Assembly: GCA_040954595.2 (NCBI GenBank)
Contig: CM082577.2
Span: 19,752,303-19,816,302 of the forward strand
Reading direction: 5' to 3'
Length of the DNA: 64,000 nt
DNA from: Balanoglossus misakiensis
Taxonomy: Eukaryota; Animalia; Hemichordata
In this document: piece after piece, positions 50,374 through 62,713 of the stretch
Layout: each line of letters opens with the position of its first letter
Numbering within the stretch: the first letter of the stretch is position 1
Translations under genes and position numbers: made by a program
Notes under the pieces: generated by a model
Database searches by the model: none
What the model saw: only the letters and a program-made list of their open reading frames with translations
What the model was told of the DNA's origin: nothing

Positions 50374-52365
50374 AAGATATGTCAACACGGTCACACCTAC
50401 TACGGATGTGACAATCATCATCAGATGATGGAATAAACAAGTAGCATAATGAAATTTGTCAACATTAAACTTCATAAACTTCTTTCTTTCTGCATATTTC
50501 CTTTTCTTGTACTCATATATGTCACTTTGCAATGGTTCTGTCATCAATTTTTGACAATACCATTTTCTGCTGAGCACATTTGATATGTTGTCTGTGGCTA
50601 TTCATTTTCTCCGTGATCACAGCTTTTCCTGAAATGAAAGGAAAGAGATTTGAATGATTTTTATTCCTCTTAGTCATGCAAAGCAATTATTTTAGTTCTT
50701 CATCTGTAAAAGGACAAAATATATTTAGGCTGCTATGGATGTGACAGTACTGACACAAATCTACTACGGACGTGACGTTACGGAAACATAATCTTCATCA
50801 TTGTTCCCCCCAAAAATTAGCACACTCACCTTTTGGGCTTTGGTCTGAGTACATATTCCTTCAGTGGTGAAACCACATAGCAGAATGACTTGAAGGGTCT
50901 GGGTATTTAAATACTGGACCCCATACCTCGGATGTGACACAATGTTGCAGACATCCAGGGCTGATCTTTTGAATGTCCGTGAAAATTTTAAACAGGGTAT
51001 CTGTATCTCATATACATGTGCAACAACAAAGGTATGATACTATAATTTAAAAAAATGTTGTTGCATTACTACCCCAGGGTTCTGTTGCAGAATGACAACC
51101 CAGTAAAACTATAACATCATGTTTTACCCTCATTTGGTAACACAGCTGTAATTATGAACAAGTATAGAATACAGGTCACAATCAACACCCATCAATGATG
51201 CAGTAGTGCTCAAGAGATTCTATGAAAGTGTAGGAAATAAAATATCTCTACATATTGTTCCAACAAATGGTTACAAAGACAGAATTAATGTTTACATTAT
51301 GGCCCTTTTTAAATTTGGCCACCGGTAACGCAGTAAATCAGCAAAATTATGACCATTTTTTTTTTAAATAAAAAAAATGACTTTGTCAAATGAACCAAAA
51401 GTTATGTATGTTTTGAAACATGCTGAAATTGATAAAATACTGCAAAAATACACAACATATATCCACAAATTAAGCAGAGGTAGGCTGGTAACAGCTTAAA
51501 CCTATTTAAGGTAGGGAGAATTAGACCTGTGACAGGTCTGTCAGGACAGACCTGGTGCAGGTCTGACAGATGTACAGATGTATACCTTACCTGTATGCGC
51601 AAAAAAACGCCTACCCTTAGATTTAGTTCTATTATAAATAAAAACAAAGTCGCCTAAATGCCTGGGGGATTTCATACAAGGATACATTGATACACGCTCT
51701 AGAGCAATCTACTAATGCGTTTTGAGATGGACTATTGCGTTGTTTAGCAACAGTTGATAACTTCTGCCATGGCCCCAACCCCATTGTTGAAAATGGCGAT
51801 AATGACTGTTCTGAAAAGTCTCTTAAGTTGCTGAAAGCCAATTTTATATTATTGCTAAGTTCTGCTTTTGCTCGTCCCCCACATAAAAAAAAATATGAGT
51901 GGCTAGTGTACATGTGTTCTGAACAATGGGATAACGGACAATTTGTGAACCATTCCCACTCTGGTGAGTGAGCCAGGGAGTGACTCAGTCAACCTCTTAC
52001 TCTTGATTGTGAAGCAAGTACAGTGTAGTATGAATTTGTGAGTCACAATAAATGATAGAATGAGCTGCACTTGCCTGGAGAGTGCCCAGAAAAGCTAATT
52101 TCGAGTCCTGCTATTAGAGTGTGGTTGTACGACTTCTTTTGGTACATCTTGACGATCTAATGACATCTTTTAAAAGAAATTATCAACTTCAGTTCATTAG
52201 CTGCCCATGTATGAAGATGCATGAAATAGGTTTCTTTGGTGAAAGTACATGTACATGTAGCTGCAGGTCATGTCGTGTGTTTTAGAATCCCCAGTTGATT
52301 GTTTTTGACAGTGTTTAATGAAAACACGTAGTATAGCATCTGACAGTATTATTGCTTTGTTGCAG

Positions 52366-52509
52366 AATCAACTGAACACCAGAATGGATGGTGTTGCATC
52401 AGCTGATATGTTTGATGGTTATGTGACCTGGCCAGCTTTGGAAGATGCCTTAAAAGGAGTAAGACAAGAACCAGTACTGGTATCCGATCAGATGGTCCAG
52501 ACATCACAG
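52366..52509 (+). CDS. QRICH2-like gene, exon 4
   Basis: Acceptor ctttgttgcag|, donor CAG|gtatga. 144 nt NQLNTRMDGVASADMFDGYVTWPALEDALKGVRQEP..., phase 0-0; includes a VTW..LE.AL motif. Confidence 0.8.
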
Positions 52510-53817
52510 GTATGAATGTTAGCTTCGATGAACATTTCTTCAGATGCTATCTGGTTTACATCACAATTTACATGAAGTTTTTTTTCCAGAAAACTAAAAA
52601 CCTAGAAATCTGTCCTTGTTTAGTCATTGCAACAAGTCTTTTAAAAAAGCACTAAAATAAACCTGTACTTCACTTTTCTCCAAATAAACAATGCAAATTC
52701 CTCCAAACCAAAACAGGATTTATCCATTGTGAACTTGTCAATTCAGGGTTAACATGGTTCTTCTGATTTTTCTCTCTGATTTAATAATAATTATATAATC
52801 TAAAATTTAAACAACAGAACAAAGCTTTGATTTTAACATTTTTGTAGTTCCCTTTGATGTAATACAAAATTAAATATGAAAGGTTAATCTATAAAATTGC
52901 ATTTATTGATTGTTGTATTGATAGTCAAAAATGGTACACTACATGTATAAAAGAGGAAAATTTGATATCTACACTTTCATTAGAGAAATGATATCATAAC
53001 TTTATAAGTTTACTTGCAGTGTTCTCCACGGGCCCATTTATAAAATTCATGTGGGCCACATTTAATTGGGTCACGCCACATTAAAACTTTCTCTTGCCAC
53101 AAAGTAACTTTAATTTTGCTGCATGAACAATGTTTCTCTGTTTGTAGAGCCGATCTTGTAAATAAAAATTGTGTGAATGACCTAACCAGACCTTTGTCTC
53201 TCAAGATGTGTGAAACTAGCCACAGTTTGCCATACATGGAAAGCATTTAGCATATGCTGGAATACCAATCGACAGACATGCCTGGAGTCCAGAAGCCTGC
53301 TGACTTTGTCACATTGTTTTGCATATTTGGTCACTGACGCCAAGGCATTGTTTTAATCTGTGTGAACGAACATGCCAACGTGAATAATTCAGTATACGCG
53401 CTCCTGCTCACCAGATGGCAAAACGTGAATTGATTTATTGTCGACTCTAACAGTCAAAACAATTGCCAGACTGGTTCACTTAGTTCTACGATGTATGCGA
53501 TGGTCTCTCACATTGCGATGATTTTGCTGGCTTCTTGGGAAGTCTTTTAGGGAAAGCCATGACTATCTTACTGTATGATGTGTGATAACTTTATGTCACC
53601 CAAATTAAACATAAGGGGATGTCGAAATGCCTTTATATGGCGAGGTTCTATCATTATTCGATAAGGACATGCCATGATGTGGTGAAATTTTATCATTGTT
53701 TGTGTGAAGATGATAATTGATATACATGTATGCCATGATGTGGTGAGGTTTTACCATTTATGTGATCAGGGCTCGCATTCCTGTCTATTTATTGTGTTTT
53801 CACAAAAATACATTGTG

Positions 53818-54472
53818 CAGTGTTTTCTCTAGATGCAAATGGAAATGGGCAGTTTCTGCCCCATCCATCAAATTTAGGGGGCAAAATTGAAATTTTAGGG
53901 GGCAGCATTATTTATTTAATATAAATATTAAGTAAAAAATATCGCCCCCTAAATGAATGACAATACAAATGGATTCCAGGTGAAAATTTGGGTTTAACTT
54001 TACCTCTATAGTTGTCAGCAGAGACCCGGAACATAACAACATGACACTACAACACTAAAAAACTAATAATTGAGGTGTGGAGCCTCCTTCCCTTTATTAA
54101 ATACATTTTCTTTGTACATTTGTCAAAGACGGCCTTATTGTATAAAGTCACGTCTGCTGCACCACCTTTCTTGATAGCAGGATACGTCATTCTGAGTTGA
54201 TCTGCAATTGACAATGTTCACTGAAGTTTGAAGAACAAGATCAGAAATTTCACCATTTGTAACATGCAATAAAATACATGTACTATCATGTTAATTTCAC
54301 ATTAAAATACTGATTATAAATATTTTTATGTTTATATGATCATGCAGAAGTGCTCAAAATTAAAATGAATAAATAAAAACAATCATTTCACCTTCATTGC
54401 GTGATTTTTAGGCGGCAGACAATTGCTCAAAAAGCGCATTTTGCACAATTGCGCGGTCAAGAGAAAACACTG
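53818..54472. mobile_element. hAT-like MITE
   Basis: CAGTGTTTTCTCT...AGAGAAAACACTG TIRs; no clear TSD. Confidence 0.45.
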
Positions 54473-54689
54473 AATGTGTACATTTTGTAGATCCCATTTG
54501 GTATGTTGTATATACCATAATAATAATAAATAATAATTATAATTTATTTGCCAAAAAATGATAGTAAGCATTTACATCAAAATTATAGAGTACAATAGAA
54601 AATAAAGACAATTTCTGGCAGGAGCCACAAAAAATAGTTCCTAAGAACTAGTCGAGTTTGTGGCACCAAAGTAGCAGGTAAGTAAATAT

Positions 54690-55252
54690 TATACATGGGA
54701 CCTTATGGAATCTGTTGCGTCTGTATACATACATATATGTCTGTATGTCTGTCCACATCAAAAACCGCTCGCGAATCACCTCGAAATTTGGTGTGCAAAT
54801 GCAGGCTGGGCTGTAGATGGGAATTTGTTCAAATAAAGTTGTCATTGCCAAAAATATGCAAATTAGCTGGAAAAATGTGAATTTGGTCAAAACTCAGTAA
54901 CTCAAGAACTACTGGTCAGATTGCTTTGCAAAGTGGTGTGTATTTACTTTATTTAGTTGTGTTAATTAGGCAGGAAGCCCCCTCCTGTGATTTATATACA
55001 TGTAGCAAATTCCTGCATGATTACATAACTGGCTAAGTTTTAAAGAGGCCAGCTGTTCTATTTAGTGTATGTACAGTACATATGCCATTGGCAGCTTATG
55101 CATGAGTCAGTCAGTGTTTGCCCATTGATCTCTCGCTACATGTATGTGTGTGTGTGTGTATCTGTCTGTCTATATATGGCCATGTACTCCGGTGTAGACT
55201 TTTTCTTGTGTAATCCCTCAATGGGACCACCGTGTCCTTGACGCGATTTTTT
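54690..55252 (+). mobile_element. HINE family 1, short copy (head damaged)
   Basis: Colinear with 49780-50373; intact tail CAATGGGACCACCGTGTCCTTGACGCGATTTT. Confidence 0.8.
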
Positions 55253-55472
55253 GTACAAGCAATCATTTTCTCATGGTTATGTGACATGCACTCAAAATAA
55301 ATCTAACAGAGGGGGTTTGGATCAGCATGTTGGGCATCAACCCGCCACTCTAATATTAGACTCTAACTTAGAAGTTAGACGATATTATCGATTTTATCCG
55401 ATATTATCTGATAAAACGGTATGTTGGGCACCTGGTCCCCTAATCGCCACTCTAATATTAGACTTTAACTTA

Positions 55473-56003
55473 GGGACTGTTCAGTTTTTATGGCAGGGGG
55501 GGGGGCGGCAAGTTTGTGTCATCGGTTCTCAAAATCAGGCCGACCCCCCCTTCACCCAGGACCAAAAAATGATGACCTCCCCTTTGACAGACCCAAAAAT
55601 ATGATGACCCCCCCCCCCCCACGCCGAAAACATTTGCCTTCCTGATCCTATGTACACTGTATGCAATAAAGGGAATGAGGCTCCTCACACCTCAATTATA
55701 AATTTCTTAAAGTATTATTGAAGTATATAATAGTATATCGTTGCAATAAAGAAATCTATGAACAAATTAAAATGACAAGTCAATACAATAGTTGCTAGAA
55801 TCGGTAAAACAAGAAAAGTGGAGGGGCTCAATGTTAGGGAGGACAAATTTTAATTTTGCCACTCCACTCAAAGTTAGAAGATTTGGCATCATCTTCGTCA
55901 TGACATTATTTATAAAACTTCTAGTATATAGAAGATGCAGCGCGAAACTATCAGTTATGCAAAATGGTTTAAACAATTATTCTCCTTTATATATTCACTT
56001 TGT
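55473..56003 (+). mobile_element. Harbinger-type MITE family B (right part lost)
   Basis: TTA-GGGACTGTTCAGTTTTTATGGC start; colinear with 6819-7610 apart from deletions. Confidence 0.8.
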
Positions 56004-56032
56004 TGGTATTGGTATTGTTGGAATATTTCTTC

Positions 56033-57500
56033 TTTATTACGGGCCCAAGCCAAGCCAGGCTTGGGCCCGTATTGGTTTCGTTGGGGTTTTTCTTTCTTTC
56101 TTTATTCTTGGTTCACTTCTTTGTCGCTCTAGATCTCAGACACCGCTGCAGGTACACTTCTGAAACTTGCTACAGTGGTCAAGGTCAATGAGTAGTCGTG
56201 CATTGAACCCTTGAATTTTTAATTAGTCACGTGACCTGGCGGCCATCTTGGATTTTCTGATAAAATGCAAATCTCAGATCTCAGAAACTACAAGTCAGAT
56301 CGACTTCAGATTTGGCGTGCTGGTAGTGTACCTTCTGCCCATCATTTTTGTAATTTGATATTTTGCTGTCAATGTTGCAGTTTTTTTGCTACAGTTGTTT
56401 TTCTGAAATCTGGTCAAAATTTCAAAAATCTTCTTCTCCAGAACCGGCAATAACCGAGTCACGCCGTTTTGGGTATGTGGTCACCTAACTGATGTACCTA
56501 TCAAGTTTGAGAAGATCATTGTGATTGGTCGAAGATTATGGCGGCCATATTGGATTTTCGAAAAACCATAGTAAAACTTCAAAAATCTTCTTCTCCAGAA
56601 CAGGCGATAACCGAGTCACAAGATTTGGTGTGTGTGGTCATTAAACAGATGTCTATCAAGTTTGCGAAGGGGAATGTGATTGGTCGAAGATTATGGCGGC
56701 CATATTGGATTTTGTGAAAAACGATTAAAAAGTAAAAATTCCTTTTCTAGCCTAAAAATTGATAGCACAGAAATTCTTTTTATGGATATGAATCATCATA
56801 TGACAAGAATAAGCTATAAATATTTTGGTAATTTTGGCAATGACCTTTGACCTACTTTTGACGCATCATTTTTCTGCATATCTAATTCCAGGCTAACCAA
56901 TAGGGCTATAAGTTTGGTTTTTGATGTATGTGGATTTGTATGTGATCAAAAATTTTTGCTACTTTTCATGACCCCTCTGCTGACCTCATTAAATATGCAC
57001 ATACCTAATTAATGATGAACCAATGGACCTAGAGGTTTTGTTTTTGTTATGAATGGACCAGTATGGGGTCAAAATATTTTGCCCAAATGTTGGGTGACCT
57101 CGGGTGACCTTTGACCTACTTTTGCATATCTCGACATCCACAGCAGATACGTTTGGAGGTATGGGGCCATACTGAAAAGCCAAAGTTTTGGGTCACCTGT
57201 GACACCTGCTTGACTCATTATTTATGTGCATACCTAATTCCGGGTTAACCAAAAGGGCTAGAGGTCTGGTTTTTGTTGGACATGGACCACTATGGGTCAA
57301 AATATTCTGCCCAAATTGTGGGTGACCCCTGGGTGACCTTTGACCTACTTAACACTATATCAGCACCAAACATAGATATAACCTTGATATTTCATGGGAT
57401 AAAAGACAGCATTATGTTTCTACTCATTAATTATGTGCATATCTAATAATCAGATCAGATAATAGAGCTTGGGCCCGGACAATGCTGCTTGCAGCTTTAA
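56033..57500 (+). mobile_element. HINE family 2 (key GGGCCCAAGC), full copy followed by a second head
   Basis: Head CGGGCCCAAGCCAAGCCAGGCTTGGGCCCG; tail GCTTGGGCCCGGACAATGCTGCTTGCAGC. A second copy starts at ~57500 and is truncated at ~57845. Confidence 0.75.
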
Positions 57501-57591
57501 TTACGGGCCCAAGCCAAGCCAGGCTTGGGCCCGTATTGGTTTCGTTGGAATTTTACTTTCTCTATTGGTTTCGTTGGAATTTTTCTTTTTT

Positions 57592-57631
<40 letters not shown>

Positions 57632-57844
57632 TATTCTTGTGTCAATTCTTCGGCCAACTAAATCTCTGAAACGGCTGCAGGTACACTGCTCAAACTTGCT
57701 GCAGTGGTCAAGGTCTATGAGTAGATGTGCAGTGACTTGTGAATACTTAATTAGTCACGTGACCTGGCGGCCATATTGGATATTCTGAAAAAAATCAAAT
57801 CTCAGATCTCAGAAACTACAAGTCAGATCGACTTCAAATTTGGC

Positions 57845-58496
57845 ATGCCCCCCCTACACAACCAGAAAAATTTCAAATCCCCCCCCCTTCCGAACTGCCA
57901 AAATTTTGAAATCCCCCCTCCCCATTTTCTTTCACAGAGCAAAACACATCACCTAGTATCTATCTTGTAAAAAAAAGAAAAACAGCGCTCCCATTATTTA
58001 AGTATTTGTATCCTGTGTTGGGAGACATTGTAAACCGAGAATTGAAGGGGGTGGGTTTGGGAGGGGGTGCACGTAAGAAAATTTTATAAAATACAGAGCT
58101 CAAAGCTGCATTTTAATGAACCCGGCAAAGGCAAATTAACTCAACTACCGGTATGTTGGGGAGGACAACTTTAACCGTCGACGCTCATAGTTATCATGGG
58201 TCCCCTGACCTGGGACACTAGATAAACCAATCAATGATTGAAAGGTGTTGATGAATGGAGGGGGTGGGTGTGGGAGGGGGTGTCCCCCTCCCTATTAGAA
58301 AATTTTGTAAAATAAAGGGCGCGAAACTGCATTTTTGTGGACTCAAAATAAATATTTAGTCGTCAAAGTTTTCAAGTCCCCCCCTTTCAGTCCCTAAATT
58401 ATTTCCAATCCCCCCTTACTTACCCTCAATTTTTTCAAATCCCCCCCTCAATTCTCCTGCCCCCCCCCCCCTCCTGAGGTGTTTGTGAATGCAGCC
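57845..58496 (+). mobile_element. Harbinger-type MITE family A (left end lost)
   Basis: Body and right TIR GGTGTTTGTGAATGCAGCC-TAA match 329-1293. Confidence 0.8.
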
Positions 58497-59502
58497 TAAC
58501 TTGACAGGAAAATCGGACTTCATATTGATCCATTTGCAACAAATACCACACTAGCATCCCTTTCATTGACCCCACAATTACGCATGCACATAATTGAGTT
58601 ACGCAGGTGTCACAGGTGACCCCTGAATCGGGCGTATTATTTTGGTCCCATACAGCTGCATGAAGCTGTGTGCCATTACGGGCGACCTGATAACCCCCAC
58701 GGCCACCTGCGGGCCAACCCCCATACTGAACTTTCAGTTGCAACGTCACGACTGAAGTAGGAACTGTTGAACGGCAAAGAAGCCTGATCTCTGATTATTG
58801 CTGGTACCATACTCCCTTCGTGCAAGAAAATCACTGGTCTTCTGATGTATTTCGGCCACATTAGCGACTGAGGGTCAAAGTCCGCCGCCGCATTACATTG
58901 AATGTTAACCAGTGTAGCCGGGTCTGGATAGAAACATTTGAACGGCAACAGCTAACAAACTCAGCGTAATTCAATAAAACGCCCTTACACAGCCTGAACG
59001 CCGATAATGTATTATCCCAAAATTCATTCCGTGGAAAATAATCACTGGTCTGTTTACGTATTTCAGCCGATTTTCCAAGGACTACTGCAACCCGCCAGAA
59101 GTGAGTAGCCTGCTAATGAGATCTCCACAACATTACGTAATGACGGTCAAAGTCCGATGCCCCAGTGTCCGTCCTCAGCCCACCAAAAATGCAAAAAATA
59201 TTACAAAAATCTTCTTCTCAAAATCGACGTGGCCTAGGACCTTGAAACTTGGCACAGGGGATTTTGGCCACATGGTCTACAAAAATCGCGAAAAGAATGT
59301 ACATTCCCCCATTAACGTGCAAATTAGGTCAATTTGAAAATTTCGCTTGATTATAGCCACCAAGTCACGTGACTAATTACAAATTCAAAGGGCAGGTGCA
59401 CCAGTACTCATGGGCCCCAATTATCGTGCCAAACTTCATAGGCGCAGGTGCTGGAATTTCAGAGAAAAACGGGAGCAAAAAAACGACTCAAGAAGAAAGA
59501 AG

Positions 59503-60897
59503 AAATATAGCTGCAAGCAGCGATGACGGGCACAAGCTTAAGCCGAAGGTCAAAGGTCATATGTGGTCACCAAAAATTTGGGCAAAAAGTTTTGACCCCC
59601 ATACTAGTCCAGGTCCAACAGAAACCAGACCTCTAGCCCTATTGCTTTGTCTGAAATTAGATATGCACATAATTAATGATGTAAAGTGTAAGACTCCATT
59701 AATAGTTCGATCCATCCAAACACAAATGCTGTACCTGTTCTGGATGTCGAGATATAGGAAAGTAGGTCAAAGGTCACCTGAGGCCACCCAAAAGTTGGGC
59801 AAAAAAAATGACCCCATACTAGTCCAGGTCCAAGAAAAACCAGACCTCTAGCCCTATTGGTTCGCCTAGAATTAGATATGCACATAATTAATGAGGTAAA
59901 GTATAAGGCTCCATTAGGAGTTCCATGCCTCCAAATGCCAAGGCTGTATCTGCGCTGGTTGCCGAGATATGGTAAAGTAGGTCAAAGGTCACCGGAGGTC
60001 ACCCAAAATTGGGCAAGAAATTTTAAACCCATACTGGTCCATGTTCAACAAAAATCAAACCTCTGGCCCTATTGGCTAGCCTGGAATTAGGTATGCACAT
60101 AATTAATGAGATCAGCAGGTGTCACAGGTGACCCCCAATTTTGGCTTTTCAATTTTTGTCACAACCCTCCAAACGCCAAGTCTGTACCTGCTGTGGATGC
60201 CGAGATATAGGAAAGTAGGTCAAAGGTCACCTGAGGTCACCCAAAATTTGGGCAAATTTTTTTGATCCCATACTGGTCCATGTCCCACAAGAACAAAACC
60301 TCTAGCCATATTGGTTAGCCTGGAATTAGGTATGCACATAATTAATGAGTTAAGCAGGTGTTACAGGTGAGCCCAAAATTTTGCCTTTTATTGTGGTCCC
60401 ATTCTGCTCACGGGCCAATAGAGAGTCACTGTACAGGACCATTGCACAGTCGACGTGGACATAGCGTCAAAGCTTAACAATAGAAAGTAAAGGCCTATGG
60501 CTGGGTCCAAAAATATGAAAAATAAAAACGTCTTCTTCTCAAAATAGACTTGGCCCGAGGCCTTGACATTTGGCATGTAGGACACTGACCACATGGTCCG
60601 CAAAAATTGCTAAAAGAATTTTGATATCTCCATTCATATGCAAATTAGGCCCATTTGAAAACTTTCCCCATATATGGTCATCAGGTCACATGACTTATTA
60701 AAAATTCACAAATGTACTGCACCAGCTCCCATAGGCCTGCACCACTGTGCCAAATTTGAGATTTGTAGGTTCAGCCGTTTTCAAGATCTACCTGTGCCAA
60801 AAAAACTACACAAGAAAAAAAAAAAAAAAAAAAAAAAAAGATGAAAAACCCCAGTAATACCAATAGGGCACAAGCCTGCTTGGCTTGTACCCTAAAA
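59503..60897 (-). mobile_element. HINE family 2 (key GGGCACAAGC) with internal ~215-240 bp repeats
   Basis: Tail GCTGCAAGCAGC...CGGGCACAAGC at 59510-59538; head GGGCACAAGCCTGCTTGGCTTGTACCC at ~60865-60892. GTAGGTCAAAGGTCAC recurs at ~59762, 59977 and 60215. Confidence 0.75.
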
Positions 60898-62713
60898 ACT
60901 CCAGCAATAACAGAAGGGGCCCAAGTGTTTTCTAAAAATGACCTTTTTTGGGTTAAATTGGCCAAAATGGCAATTTTGTCTTGAGTGGGGTCAATAAGAC
61001 TGACTTTTTTGGAATCAGCACCATTTTTTACATAGAATGGAATTCTCAAACCTTCCTTACCAAAAATTCTGATTAACGGCACATATCTCCTGGACTGTCT
61101 TATTACACAGTACCGGTATGTACATGTTTTGTGTACAATGGATATACATGTACATCCTGAAGTTAACTCCATCTTTGTTCAAAACAGGGACATACATGTA
61201 TGTATTAATTCCAAACAGGTTTTATCTGACTTGTCCAATAATCCCCAGTTGCATTTCTTTGTGTTACTTTATAATTGATACTAATACTAGAGGCAAAGTA
61301 TAAAATTAGACTCCTTCATATTATACATGCAGTGCTTCCATAGTCAAATTTCATAGATTATAATACATTAAGACAGCTGGTGTGCATGCTCTTGCACATT
61401 GTGTATCCAAAGAAATTGACCAATCAGAAACAATCTCCTGAGAGTGCTACAGATCAGCCAGTATTTTTCCCATCATTTGTTTCCATGGTATCCATCATGA
61501 TCAAGTAACACTAATTAACATAGCATGTAAAAACACTCTCCCCATTCTTCTTCAAGCAATGTTCTATCATTTCTCTTTAAAGCAGCATTCAAGTGCCCCT
61601 GGAGCTGTAAGTCCCATAACTGGGATAACAGAGCATGCTCCATTGGATGGTGAAATAAGTAATGGTCTTATGAAAACGGTGAACACCTGTCTCTTGGTTA
61701 TGCATGTTGGATTGCTGTGTATACATGTAGCATGCGCACCGTACAACAATGATTTCATGAAGCACGATTTCACCTTTCATCTTAGCATCATTTCCCATGA
61801 TAGTACAATGTAAATCCAGTGCAGTTGTCTGGGTAACTTTCATAAAGCAGTCTCTGCATGTGTTTCAAAAACATTTTTTTTTCAAGTGTTACTTTGTAGA
61901 AACTTGTGGGCATCATTTGCTGCAATCTCCACAGTTAAATAATATCATTAGTTTATATTTCTTGGACAATGTGTTTTTGTTTTTTGTTTGGGGGGGGGGG
62001 GGGTTAAATGAAATTGGAAAACAACTGACTGGTTTTGCTCTTTTCATGATATTGAGGTTTCAATCACCATTCAAACTTTGTCATTTTTGTAAAAGGTTAA
62101 TATGTCACGTAACACTGCAGAATTCTAATTTTGGCTTTGTTACACTCTCAATTGGATTTCTTGGGGTACTTTGTTCACAAAGTTCATCTTGTTGCATCAT
62201 TCATAACCCCCAGCATGCAGGTATCGGGAAGTGCATGATTTCTAATGAGTTATATCACACCATATCACAGATTGCAGGTTGCTTGATCATCTGAACATTT
62301 CACCATTGCTTTCTCGATTTTAATTGCTGTTCACACTATTTTTCTCATAGTCTACCTCACAACAAACAGTGCAGACTACAGAGCAATACAGTCAAACGGC
62401 AAGTATATACATGTATGATGTACCCACATACCCTCAAAGATTCTGTTCGTTCTTCCTTCTATAAAGAGTCTATAAACTTCTCAAAAAGGATACCACATTA
62501 TGTATGACAGTGTTCACCCCAGAAACTTATGATAGCATGGTGGTTAATTTGAATAACAATTTAAGTAATTGTTATGTTATTGAACTTGAAGTCATGTTGT
62601 TTTACAGAAATTAAGGAGTGTTGACCACCACGCTTTAATTGCTCAAGGGAGAACACATGTCACACTGATGTGTGATGTTTCACTCACGATCAACTCACAC
62701 ACACAGTCAATAA

